From Gammaproteobacteria bacterium (lineage in GTDB: Bacteria > Pseudomonadota > Gammaproteobacteria > JAADGQ01), in NCBI GenBank assembly GCA_013152295.1, contig JAADGQ010000112.1, positions 1,977 to 65,976 on the forward strand: a stretch of DNA of 64,000 nt. Reading direction: 5' to 3'. The notes beneath the pieces are model-generated. The model was not told the origin of the DNA and made no database searches. It saw only the letters and a program-made list of their open reading frames with translations. Both the position numbers and the translations under genes were made by a program. Positions 6,553 through 15,929 of the stretch are shown here, piece after piece (position 1 is the first letter of the stretch; every line of letters begins with the position of its first letter).

Positions 6553-9500
6553 CTAACTGAGGTTGCTTCTCCAGACCCGTGTTGCAGCGATCAGTGTCAG
6601 ACTGATCAGCAGCAGTGGATTGACAGGGCCACCGCCACCGCCACCACTGCTACCATTCGTACTGCTGCCCGTGTTGGAGCTGCTGTCGCCGCTACCGCTA
6701 TTGCCTGCGTTGCCGGAGAGACCGCTGGGATCGACGATGATGCCGTTGACCACGCCGTCGGCGTCATCTGCACTGCCATCGACCAGGGTTATGGTCGCCT
6801 TCTGGCCGTTGTAGCTGACATTGCCATTGAACGGAGTGATGGTTCCATTGGCTTCATCATATTTGTGCCAGCTGCTGTTTTCAGGCAGTACTTCAGGAAA
6901 GTAGACATCAACTTGTACTTCGGCAGGGTTGTTCGCATCAACGGGCAACCCGGTGATGTAGAAGCTGAACAGCCCGAAAGGCAGATCGAGGTCGCTGCTG
7001 GCCGGAGTGTCCCCGCGGGAAAATGAAGAGACACAGTTGATTAAGCCTGCCGAGGTGCGGAAGCCGATCGCACTGGCGCGTTCGGCGTCACGCAGGTTAC
7101 ACATCCCCTCTAGGTCGTCATCGGCACCGTTGTTGTCGGTATCGACAACTTCGTTGATTTCGTAGCGATCATCAACGCCATCGTCATTGGCATCATTGTT
7201 ACTGCCGGAGAGGCTGAAGTTCACTGCAGCTGACCACTCAGACATCAGCTCATTACTATTGTAGTGTCGTGTGCGAGCCCAATAGCTGGTGCCTGGTTTG
7301 AGCAGGCCCAGTGGAACAATCAGGTTGCCACGGCTATCAATATCACGCTCTAGAATGAGCGTGTCAAAGCTCTGGCTGGTGCTGATTTGCCACAATGAGC
7401 CTGCCAGTGCCTGGTTGTCGGGGCCGGTGAACTCACCGCTAAAGGTAAATACCCAGAAGTTATGATTATTACGAACCTCTGATGTCGCGCTCAAGCCGCC
7501 GGGTCGTGCGGGGCGGTGTTGCGCTACCGTGTCGTTACCATTGACTGGATCGCTACCGTAGGCTACTTCGTCGCCATCACTGTCGCCGTCGCCGTCGGAA
7601 TCGCTGTTGTTGGGGTTGCTGCCCAAGGTGAACTCCTCGCGGTCGGTGAGGCCATCGCTATCACTGTCAGCGCTGCCGTCGAGAGAGAGGTCACCGAACT
7701 GCTCAATCTCCCAACTGTCGGTGAGTCCGTCGCCATCGCTATCGTTGGCACTTGGCTGCGCGTCAACAGTGACCGTTACGGTTTTATTGACATTGCCACC
7801 ATCACCGCTGCATGACAGTGTGAAGGTTGCATCCTGAGTTAGTGGTCCGACCGTTTCGGACGAAGCGCCTGCTGTTCTGTTGCCGCTCCAGTCACCGCTT
7901 GCTCGGCAGTTGCTAGCGTCGGTTGCTGTCCAGCTCAGCACAGTGATGCTGTTGAATGCGACATTGCTTGGGTCGGCGCTGAGGCTGAGGGTCGGCATAG
8001 GCGCTGGCGTGGGTGGTGGTGGGGGAGGCGTGGTGGTATCGCCAGGAGGCGTAGAGGACCCTCCTCCCTGACCGCTCTCTATTTTCAGCTGTGGGTTAGC
8101 GGACAGGTCGGAGCTGTTGAGCATGCGATTATGCACTTCAACTGCCAGCACGTTGCTGCCGTTGACCAGGCTGCTAATAGATGCATCCAGATTGAACGCC
8201 TCCGGGGTGGCACTGGCTTCGTTGTTGCCGTTGGCCGGTGTGTTGTTGTCTACTGCGCCGACGGGCATGTTGCCGCGAGCGATCTCTACGCCATTGAGGT
8301 AGGCGACGAAGCCATCATCGAAGTGGATGTTAAGCGCCATACCCGCAACGGATGAGGCGTCGGTAACGCTAAACGTTTTGCGCAGATAGACGCTGAGGTA
8401 GCCGTCCTGCATGTCGTTGAGTACGGTGGCATCATCGTTATCGCCATAGCCGAACCCGCTGGGACCAGAGAGCCATGCAGAGTCATCAAAAGCAGCTGCT
8501 GCCCAATTCGTGCCAGGATTGCTGGTGCCTTTGAAGTAGCGCCAGGTGTCACCAAAATCGATGGCTGTCGTGATTGCTGATGGTGCACCGACTTCAATGC
8601 TGAGGTCTTTGCTGGTTGTGGTGCCAGCGGCATCTGTCAGTGTTATCGCAAAGGCATGCAATCCCATTGTGGTCGCAGTGCCACTGATCAAGCCGCTACT
8701 GGCATTGAGTGATAGCCCCGCAGGCAGTTGGCCACTGCTCACCGACCAGCTCAATGGTGTTTCAGTGCCCACGCCGCTGAGCGTTGCGTTATAAGACTCA
8801 CCCTGTAGTGTGTCTGCCAATACGGTAGTGGAGATCTGTGGTGCTGTGTAGGCGTAAGTTTGAAAGGTGTAGCCCTCTGTAGCCATAGCATTTCCCGATC
8901 CACTCAGATCCTTGGCATCAATGCTCACGGCAACCTGCTTGGTGAAAGCAAAGTTCTGAGGCGGGTTGTAGGTTACCGTATAGGCGCTGGCCGAACCCGT
9001 GACGGTAGTGTTCGGATAGCTGCCTGCTTGCGCGCCGTTGTAGATCACCTGGCCATCTATACGTACCACCAGCGAGTTGATATCAACACCCTCTTCAGCG
9101 TCAGAGATGCGAAACGAGACGTTGCTGTCGACGGCTACTTCGTTCGCACCAGAGAGAGGTGAGCGGTTGGTTACCATGGGTGGAACCGATCCTGGGTTCG
9201 CCGGAAACTCATATGCGCCCACGTCAGCGGAGCCTTGTGAGCGTGAGTTGAGGAAGTAATCGTCATTGAGCACGTTGGGTATATTGGTGCTGCTTGCATC
9301 GATGGCGACGCTGCCTGCCAGCAAGCGAAAATCGAAGTTGCTGGGATCAACAAACAGCGGATCGTTGCTGTCACCGCCGCCGATAGGGTTTTCATCAATG
9401 GAGGGAGCGCCCGCATTCAGGCCGTAGTAGAGGTTATTGGTGAATCGTGCTGTTCCCCAGCCACTGCTCACACCTGATCCAACATATGTATCATTGGTGT

Positions 9501-10974
9501 CCTGACCGTAGTAGACGATGTTGTTAGCGATGATTAAGTTGGCGCTGGTGAGGGTCCAGGTATTCGCAATAATATTATTATGGCTGCCGCTGCGTAGCTC
9601 ACAAAATACGTTGTTGAAGACGCGAAAATTTGAGGGGTTTATGGAGTTGATTCTGAACTCCGAGCCGCCTGCGTTGCAGACAATATTGTTATAAAAATAG
9701 GCATCATCGGTTTTATTGGAGGCATTGATACCGTGTTTGGCCACATTGAGCACCAAGTTGTGGTGCACACGGTAGCCGCGGATGTATTTGCTCAATGATC
9801 CGTAGGATTGAATGCCGTTACCACCCTTGATGTCGTGAATATAATTGTAGGCAACCTCGATATCTTCAACGCTGGTGGGGTCCCCATCGTTATCAAAATA
9901 GATGCCGTGGTTACGTTGACCATCCCCCCAGATGTCGTGGATATGGTTGCCGAAAATCTTTACCCGATTGCCGTTGCCTGCGATACCACCGGAGCGCGCT
10001 GAGCGGCTGGTAGCGTCAGTTTCAAGGGTGAACCAGTCAAACAGTTCGTTATTGATGACGCGCCAATCGTTGGAGCCCCACTGCAGGTTGATGGGGCCTT
10101 CGACGTTTGAGCCGTCACCGCCGGAGATGCGCAGCCCTGCGATGACGATCCAGTGAGCTTCGTTGGCGTTGCCGCGGTTATGAATGCCGCCGGCACGTTG
10201 CGGAAAGATGTGTACGTTTTCTCCGGGGTAGCCAACGATAGATATCGGACCACTACCCAATGTGCCGTCGGGCGCGCTGCCGGAGTTGCCCGTTGTGCGC
10301 AAAAAACGATCGTTAGCGCCTTCGTCTTTCCAGTCACCACCACGCAGCACAATGAAATCGCCCGGACTGACATCATGCCAAACGCCGATGCGATCAGGGG
10401 TTTGCACGCGGCGGAACGGTTTGTTGATGTTGCCTATCTCACCCGTGGCATCATTGCCGTTGAGTGATACGTACCAGATCTTGCCCGGCTGCACGGTGAA
10501 CGTATTGTCACTGTTTGAACTAACGCCGCCGACTTCGACGCGGACCGCACCGCTGCTGACAGCGCCGACCTGAACGGAGATCTGTTGTACGTCGTTGCGG
10601 CCGTAAGAGCTGCCCATGTATTTGTACTCGGCGACCTCCCGACTACCAATATAGACCTTGGTGTTGCTGCCAAGCCCTGAGGGGTCACCCAAATTTATGC
10701 CGAATATGGAGAGGTAGGCGCCGTTGTTGTTTTCACCACCTGAATTGGGGCCGCTGACGACATCGGTGTAGAGCACTTGCGGGGTTCCTGATGCGGCCAG
10801 GGTACTGCTTATGGGTAGCGCAATCAGTAGCAGTGAAGCGAAAAAAACAGCCAAAAAAAACGGCGCATTGGTTACCCCTTGCCTGGTTGCAGAGGGTTTA
10901 ACCAATGCGCCGTTTTGATGAGCGGGTGTTAAGTTGGTGTCAGACTTAACGTTGGTGTGTAACGAAATTTTCAT
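6553..10974 (-). CDS. giant secreted multi-domain protein: signal peptide, parallel beta-helix, cadherin-like Ig, LamG-like jellyroll, Pro-rich linker, Ig-like, Asp-rich Ca-binding repeats, FN3-like, anchor-associated domain, Ser/Gly linker, Gly-run/TM/basic C-terminus
   Basis: 1473 aa. SD gaggaag sits 9 nt before the ATG. Hydrophobic signal segment (FFLAVFFASLLLIALPISSTLAA). Repeated PbH1-type beta-helix rungs (HNLVLNVAKHGINASN, FYNNIVCNAGGSEF, VFNNVFCELRSGSHNNIIANT, IIANNIVYYG, FTNNLYYGLNAG). A putative Ig/cadherin-like segment (LSWSVSSGQLPAGLSLNASSGLISGTAT). A LamG-like segment (LNIHFDDGFVAYLNGVEIARG...LAVEVHN). PPPPPPTPAP linker. DSDGDGLTD and DSDSDGLTD thrombospondin-type-3-like repeats. 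The C-terminus is GGGGGGPVNPLLLISLTLIAATRVWRSNLS. Confidence 0.8.
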   Translation of the reverse strand: MKISLHTNVKSDTNLTPAHQNGALVKPSATRQGVTNAPFFLAVFFASLLLIALPISSTLAASGTPQVLYTDVVSGPNSGGENNNGAYLSIFGINLGDPSGLGSNTKVYIGSREVAEYKYMGSSYGRNDVQQISVQVGAVSSGAVRVEVGGVSSNSDNTFTVQPGKIWYVSLNGNDATGEIGNINKPFRRVQTPDRIGVWHDVSPGDFIVLRGGDWKDEGANDRFLRTTGNSGSAPDGTLGSGPISIVGYPGENVHIFPQRAGGIHNRGNANEAHWIVIAGLRISGGDGSNVEGPINLQWGSNDWRVINNELFDWFTLETDATSRSARSGGIAGNGNRVKIFGNHIHDIWGDGQRNHGIYFDNDGDPTSVEDIEVAYNYIHDIKGGNGIQSYGSLSKYIRGYRVHHNLVLNVAKHGINASNKTDDAYFYNNIVCNAGGSEFRINSINPSNFRVFNNVFCELRSGSHNNIIANTWTLTSANLIIANNIVYYGQDTNDTYVGSGVSSGWGTARFTNNLYYGLNAGAPSIDENPIGGGDSNDPLFVDPSNFDFRLLAGSVAIDASSTNIPNVLNDDYFLNSRSQGSADVGAYEFPANPGSVPPMVTNRSPLSGANEVAVDSNVSFRISDAEEGVDINSLVVRIDGQVIYNGAQAGSYPNTTVTGSASAYTVTYNPPQNFAFTKQVAVSIDAKDLSGSGNAMATEGYTFQTYAYTAPQISTTVLADTLQGESYNATLSGVGTETPLSWSVSSGQLPAGLSLNASSGLISGTATTMGLHAFAITLTDAAGTTTSKDLSIEVGAPSAITTAIDFGDTWRYFKGTSNPGTNWAAAAFDDSAWLSGPSGFGYGDNDDATVLNDMQDGYLSVYLRKTFSVTDASSVAGMALNIHFDDGFVAYLNGVEIARGNMPVGAVDNNTPANGNNEASATPEAFNLDASISSLVNGSNVLAVEVHNRMLNSSDLSANPQLKIESGQGGGSSTPPGDTTTPPPPPPTPAPMPTLSLSADPSNVAFNSITVLSWTATDASNCRASGDWSGNRTAGASSETVGPLTQDATFTLSCSGDGGNVNKTVTVTVDAQPSANDSDGDGLTDSWEIEQFGDLSLDGSADSDSDGLTDREEFTLGSNPNNSDSDGDGDSDGDEVAYGSDPVNGNDTVAQHRPARPGGLSATSEVRNNHNFWVFTFSGEFTGPDNQALAGSLWQISTSQSFDTLILERDIDSRGNLIVPLGLLKPGTSYWARTRHYNSNELMSEWSAAVNFSLSGSNNDANDDGVDDRYEINEVVDTDNNGADDDLEGMCNLRDAERASAIGFRTSAGLINCVSSFSRGDTPASSDLDLPFGLFSFYITGLPVDANNPAEVQVDVYFPEVLPENSSWHKYDEANGTITPFNGNVSYNGQKATITLVDGSADDADGVVNGIIVDPSGLSGNAGNSGSGDSSSNTGSSTNGSSGGGGGGPVNPLLLISLTLIAATRVWRSNLS

Positions 10975-11497
10975 GATGGCAGCTTCCTCGCTACGAGTGC
11001 CTCTTAAATTAATGAGGCGCTTTAGTTGGTTCGTGTTTCAAAGTGCTTGTTAGAGCTTTAATGACACTCTGTGGCAAGCACATTCTCGGCACAGGATCAA
11101 TGAATGCAATCTTCTCACGATCAGTTTCAACATGATGTCGAGCTGATCACGACGGCTATGTGACTGGTTATCGAAATTTGATTAATCGTGAATGTTGGTC
11201 GATTACGGCGTTTTGGATGGTTTTTTTGCGCGGTTATTTTTGATTACACTGTAAAAATAGCTGTTTTTTCCTGCTTACTTTGAGTTGCAGGCCTGGTACG
11301 TCGGGGGGGTGAGATTTATTGTGTGCTGTCGTTATTCTTTACGATATTCTGATTGTGCATGTCTAAAAAACGAGAATGCCTTTCTGGTGTGCTGAAGGTG
11401 GTATGCACTTTTAGGTGACTTCAGCAATATTTGTGGCTTTGGCAATAAGTGTTAAAGTAGCGCCATTTTTTTGTGGCGTATCTGAAGGGAGAGCTGA

Positions 11498-12754
11498 ATG
11501 GCTTACGACAAAATCACGGTGCCCGCCGATGGTGAGCGCATAACGATCAATGAAGATTTTTCACTGAATGTGCCGGTACGGCCCATCATCCCGTTTATTG
11601 AGGGCGATGGTATTGGCGCCGACGTGACGCCAGTGATGCGCCGCGTGATTGATGCTGCGGTTGAGAAAGCGTACGGCAGTGAGCGCAGCATTACGTGGAT
11701 GGAAATTTATGCCGGCGAGAAGGCCAACAACCTCTACGGCGGTGATACATGGCTGCCTGAAGAGACGCTGGCGGCGATAGGTGACTACCTGATCGCCATC
11801 AAGGGGCCACTGACCACGCCGGTGGGTGGGGGTATCCGTTCATTGAATGTTGCCATGCGTCAACAGCTCGATCTCTACAACTGCCAGCGGCCGATCCGCT
11901 ACTTTCCCGGTACGCCGAGTCCGCTCAAACACCCGGAGAAGACCGATATGGTGATTTTCAGGGAGAACTCGGAGGATATCTACGCTGGTATCGAGTGGGA
12001 GGCGGGAACGCCTGAAGTAAAAAAGGTGATCGACTTTCTGCAGCAGGAGATGGGTGTCAGCAAAATCCGTTTCCCCGACAGTTCAGGCATTGGCATCAAG
12101 CCGGTCTCTCAGGAGGGCACTGCGCGTCTGGTGCGCAAAGCGATCCAGTATGCGATAGATAATGATCGCAGCAGCGTCACGCTGGTGCACAAAGGCAATA
12201 TCATGAAGTTCACCGAAGGTGGCTTTAAGAGCTGGGGCTATCAGGTTGCGCGGGATGAGTTTGGCGCCGTTGAGGTGGATGGCGGGCCATGGTGCAAAAT
12301 GACCAATCCTAAAACGGGTGGTGAGATTGTGATCAAAGATGCCATCGCTGATGCATTTTTGCAGGAGATTCTGCTGCGTCCAGAGGATTTCAGCGTGATT
12401 GCCACGTTGAACCTTAACGGTGACTATATCTCCGATGCCTTGGCGGCTCAGGTGGGGGGTATCGGTATCGCGCCCGGCGCGAATTTGTCTGACGGGATTG
12501 CACTGTTCGAAGCGACCCACGGCACCGCGCCGCGCTATGCAGGCCAGAATAAGGTCAATCCGAGTTCGATTATCCTCTCGGCGGAGATGATGTTGCGCCA
12601 CATGGGCTGGACAGAAGCAGCTGACCTCGTCATCAAAGGTATTGCCGCAGCCATTGTCGCCGGTACGGTGACCTATGATTTGGCACGGCTGATGGAGGGC
12701 GCAGATCAGCTGAGCTGCTCCGGTTTTGGCGAAGCGGTGATTGGTCAGATGTGA
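11498..12754 (+). CDS. icd: NADP-dependent isocitrate dehydrogenase
   Basis: 418 aa, aligns end-to-end with E. coli-type Icd ([21 protein letters not shown]..., [20 protein letters not shown]). A 523-bp leader lies upstream. Confidence 0.9.
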   Translation: MAYDKITVPADGERITINEDFSLNVPVRPIIPFIEGDGIGADVTPVMRRVIDAAVEKAYGSERSITWMEIYAGEKANNLYGGDTWLPEETLAAIGDYLIAIKGPLTTPVGGGIRSLNVAMRQQLDLYNCQRPIRYFPGTPSPLKHPEKTDMVIFRENSEDIYAGIEWEAGTPEVKKVIDFLQQEMGVSKIRFPDSSGIGIKPVSQEGTARLVRKAIQYAIDNDRSSVTLVHKGNIMKFTEGGFKSWGYQVARDEFGAVEVDGGPWCKMTNPKTGGEIVIKDAIADAFLQEILLRPEDFSVIATLNLNGDYISDALAAQVGGIGIAPGANLSDGIALFEATHGTAPRYAGQNKVNPSSIILSAEMMLRHMGWTEAADLVIKGIAAAIVAGTVTYDLARLMEGADQLSCSGFGEAVIGQM

Positions 12755-12757
12755 TGT

Positions 12758-13186
12758 TTGAGCGAGTTTAGGCGTGTGACTGCTGAAACAGCGCTATTTG
12801 AACTCGACGCACAATCGATCATTGATGATGCGATTCACAGCGCCGCGCGAACCTACGCGCTGCACATCGTATTGGCGCGGCGTCAGCACCTAACTGTCGG
12901 TCGGCTTGGGGACTTTACCTTCCCGGCCGGCCGCTACATCTATACCGGCAGCGCCAGAAAAAATCTGGCTGCTCGCGTCAAGCGCCATTTGAGCACAGAT
13001 AAAAAACTCCGCTGGCACATCGACTATCTGCTGGCATCGCCGTCGGCTTCGGTGGTTTTGGTGCAGTTGTTTGATAAGGATGAGTGCCTCGTCAACCAGC
13101 ATCATGGTGGCGTGGTGGTTGTGCCGCGCTTTGGCGCATCGGATTGTCGTCAGGGTTGTGGCAGCCACCTCAAACGGCTGAGTTAG
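12758..13186 (+). CDS. GIY-YIG-like (DUF123-type) small nuclease-fold protein
   Basis: 142 aa with a TTG start as called; a GTG 6 codons downstream is also possible. Central GRYIYTGSARKNLAARVKRH segment followed by KKLRWHIDYLL, which I recognise as the DUF123/GIY-YIG-superfamily signature. Packed 3 nt after icd and 4 nt before gluQ. Confidence 0.55.
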   Translation: MSEFRRVTAETALFELDAQSIIDDAIHSAARTYALHIVLARRQHLTVGRLGDFTFPAGRYIYTGSARKNLAARVKRHLSTDKKLRWHIDYLLASPSASVVLVQLFDKDECLVNQHHGGVVVVPRFGASDCRQGCGSHLKRLS

Positions 13187-13190
13187 CGAG

Positions 13191-14120
13191 GTGGCAGACG
13201 GGCGGCAGGTTGTGGAGGATAGAGCGCCTTATGTGGGCCGCTTCGCGCCATCTCCTACCGGGCCTCTCCACTTTGGTTCGCTCGTGGCCGCCGTTGCCAG
13301 TTACGCTCAGGCTAAAAGTCAGGGTGGTCGTTGGCTGTTGCGTATCGAAGATATCGACCCTCCTCGCGAAGTCGCGGGTGCCAGCGATGAGATTTTGCGT
13401 GCGCTGGAGCACTACGGCTTCGAGTGGGATGGTGAGGTGTGCTATCAAAGCCGTCGCCATTTGGCGTACGAGGCTGCGTTGGAGCAGCTCTATCAGCATC
13501 GTTGGGTCTATCCGTGTCGCTGCTCGCGCAAAATGGTTCGCCAACTTTCCGAGCGCGGTATCTATCCGGGCACCTGCCGTCATGCCGCGCCTGCCGAGGC
13601 TGGATCATTTCCTTTTCAGGGTTACGCCATGCGCGTGCTAAGCGCAGGACCGGTGCGCTCGTTCCGCGATGTTGTGCAGGGTGATGTGAGCGAGGATCTG
13701 CAGCGCGAAGTGGGCGACTTTGTGGTGCGCCGTGCGGATGGCCTCTGGGCCTATCAGCTGGCTATTGTGGTGGATGATGCTGAGCAGGGTGTGACCGAAG
13801 TGGTGAGGGGCGCTGATCTGCTGGCTTCTACCGCGCGGCAGATTCACTTGCAACATTTGTTGGGATATCCGTCACCGAGCTATTTTCACCTGCCGGTAGT
13901 GATGGGTGACAATGGCGAGAAGCTCAGCAAGCAGGGTGGGGCGCCAGCGCTCACAGCGGGCGATTCGCTGCCAGTGCTAATCCGTGCGTTAGGGTTTCTC
14001 AATCAACCGCTGTTCGGGCTGGAGTCAGCCGCTGATTTACAACAGTTCTGGTTGGAGGTCTTCAAACGCTGGCAGGCCGACCGGGTGCCCTCTTTGCCTA
14101 GTTGCCGCCCGCGTATCTAA
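13191..14120 (+). CDS. gluQ: glutamyl-Q tRNA(Asp) synthetase
   Basis: GRFAPSPTGPLHFGS class-I HIGH-like motif, truncated GluRS catalytic domain (309 aa), and KLSK motif (GEKLSKQ). Confidence 0.85.
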   Translation: MADGRQVVEDRAPYVGRFAPSPTGPLHFGSLVAAVASYAQAKSQGGRWLLRIEDIDPPREVAGASDEILRALEHYGFEWDGEVCYQSRRHLAYEAALEQLYQHRWVYPCRCSRKMVRQLSERGIYPGTCRHAAPAEAGSFPFQGYAMRVLSAGPVRSFRDVVQGDVSEDLQREVGDFVVRRADGLWAYQLAIVVDDAEQGVTEVVRGADLLASTARQIHLQHLLGYPSPSYFHLPVVMGDNGEKLSKQGGAPALTAGDSLPVLIRALGFLNQPLFGLESAADLQQFWLEVFKRWQADRVPSLPSCRPRI

Positions 14121-14136
14121 TATCTCTGAAGAGAGC

Positions 14137-14664
14137 TTAAGCAGAGTGGAGGAAGCTAAACAGGGCGATTTCGTAAGAGATGAGCAGCAGATACATGAAG
14201 AAGAAGCCGTGTAGTACGTGCGATACTGAGATCCCTTTGAAATGGAAATTTTTGTGTGCGACGAGAAATATCATACAGACTGCGGTCAGACCGATTTTAG
14301 CGGCGACAAAACTATTTATGCTGATGTCTAGCAGCCCGCTCATGAGAGGGTTGGCTTCGTAAGCGCCGAGCTTGAGCAGTTGCAGGGTGAATGCGGCATC
14401 CGTGCAGGAGAGCAGTAGCACCCCGAGCGTGATAAACAGAAAGCGTTTTTCATAGTGGTCGACGTAACTGTTGATCTGGTCCTCTGTTCTGCGGCCTTGG
14501 CGACGTCGTCCGCGCCATGCAAGCAGATAGAGCAGGCGTGGATATTTGTCGCGGCGGCTGGTCCCGTTGCGCCGCTCTGCTCCGCAGTGGGCCAGTTGTA
14601 GCGACATGGGCGTGGATGATGCTGCTGTCTTACGCCGAGTCGTTGATAATTTCAAGAGTGCCAT
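14137..14664 (-). CDS. small polytopic membrane protein with an Arg-rich N-terminus (hypothetical; contains an E-A-N-P motif)
   Basis: 175-aa ORF. The N-terminal roughly 70 aa are Arg-rich and hydrophilic, followed by 3-4 hydrophobic helices (FLFITLGVLLLS..., IGLTAVCMIFLVAH..., FFFMYLLLISYEIALF) with a GAYEANPLMSG loop. The gene body and its downstream flank are visibly AT-richer than the neighbours. The true start is uncertain. Confidence 0.5.
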   Translation of the reverse strand: MALLKLSTTRRKTAASSTPMSLQLAHCGAERRNGTSRRDKYPRLLYLLAWRGRRRQGRRTEDQINSYVDHYEKRFLFITLGVLLLSCTDAAFTLQLLKLGAYEANPLMSGLLDISINSFVAAKIGLTAVCMIFLVAHKNFHFKGISVSHVLHGFFFMYLLLISYEIALFSFLHSA

Positions 14665-15055
14665 GATCGAAAAGGGGTCTCCGTTATCGTGATATGTCTG
14701 ACCTTTTAGCTCTTACGTCTCTTAGCATTAGCAAAACCTGGGCCGAAAGAAATTTCTTTTATATTTATCAATTGGTTGTTATTGTTTTGGTGCTATCTTC
14801 TTGGTTGGCCTGGATGATGTGTAAGAAAAAAAGACAGTTGAGATTGCTGGATTTGGCCATAGATTGACCCTTCCTTGTGTTGTCCAAGGTGCGCTAGCTG
14901 TAGTGCTTGTGACACTACTTTAGGCCGCTTTTCGGAAAGGGAATGCATCATGCCTTGTGAAGTTACAGGTGCAGGCAGTCAGGAACATGACTGTATGAAT
15001 TGAGTAAACTGCGGGAAAATGAGCCCGATAAAATTGAACGGATCAGGAGATCATT

Positions 15056-15640
15056 GTGGAACATAAACTACCGGAACTGCCCTACGCCAAAGATGGCTTG
15101 GAGCCTCATATTTCAGCTGAAACGCTGGAGTACCATTACGGGAAACACCACCAAACGTATGTGACCAACCTTAATAACCTTATTAAGGGCACCGAGTATG
15201 AAAACTCGGCTTTGGAAGATATTGTTGAAGATGCTTCGGGTGGAATATTTAATAACGCTGCCCAGGTGTGGAATCACTCATTTTACTGGAATTGCCTCTC
15301 TCCCAATGGCGGAGGTGAGCCGAGCGGTGCGTTGGCTGATGCCATCAACGCGACGTTTGGTTCGTTCGATGCTTTTAAAGAGGAGTTTTCAAAAACTGCC
15401 ATCACGACTTTTGGCTCGGGATGGGCCTGGCTGGTAAAAAATCCTGATGGAAGCCTGGAAATCATCAGCACAGGTAATGCTGCAACGCCCCTGAACTGTG
15501 GTCAGGTTGCATTGTTGACATGCGATGTCTGGGAGCATGCCTACTACGTCGATTACCGCAACGCTCGTCCCAAATATGTGGAAGCATTTTGGAATATTGT
15601 TAATTGGGATTTTGTTACAGCAGGTTACGAAGCTAACTGA
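15056..15640 (+). CDS. sodB: iron superoxide dismutase
   Basis: GTG start preceded by SD aggaga. Near-collinear with E. coli SodB ([38 protein letters not shown]..., [13 protein letters not shown]). Confidence 0.9.
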   Translation: MEHKLPELPYAKDGLEPHISAETLEYHYGKHHQTYVTNLNNLIKGTEYENSALEDIVEDASGGIFNNAAQVWNHSFYWNCLSPNGGGEPSGALADAINATFGSFDAFKEEFSKTAITTFGSGWAWLVKNPDGSLEIISTGNAATPLNCGQVALLTCDVWEHAYYVDYRNARPKYVEAFWNIVNWDFVTAGYEAN

Positions 15641-15906
15641 TGGGATTTGACGCTATTTTTCTGCGTGGCTCTGTGTTACTGACGCTCTGTGTTGGGGTGG
15701 CTGGTTGTGTCGACCCGGATAATCCCGAGTTTGATGAAGTACGTTATGAAGCCATGCAGGATGTGGATTGTGAACATGTTGCCAAGGTTTCGGCATGGAA
15801 TCAGAAGGAGGGTGTTGATGAAACCAAGGAAAAAGCAAAGCAGCGCTGCAAATATTTGAAATCGCTCTCCTTTGACGCGTTTTCTGCAGAGATCCATAGA
15901 AAATAG
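15640..15906 (+). CDS. small hypothetical lipoprotein
   Basis: 88 aa. The ATG overlaps the sodB stop (tgATGg). Lipobox LTLCVGVAGC, acidic mature part with three further Cys. A strong terminator follows. Confidence 0.45.
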   Translation: MGFDAIFLRGSVLLTLCVGVAGCVDPDNPEFDEVRYEAMQDVDCEHVAKVSAWNQKEGVDETKEKAKQRCKYLKSLSFDAFSAEIHRK

Positions 15907-15929
15907 TAGACCTTTTATGAGTGGCACCT

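Noticed and set aside
10975-11260. c-di-GMP (GEMM) riboswitch upstream of the giant adhesin gene.
   Set aside because: Read the minus-strand leader for the conserved GEMM elements and found no convincing match; I leave it as an unsupported idea.
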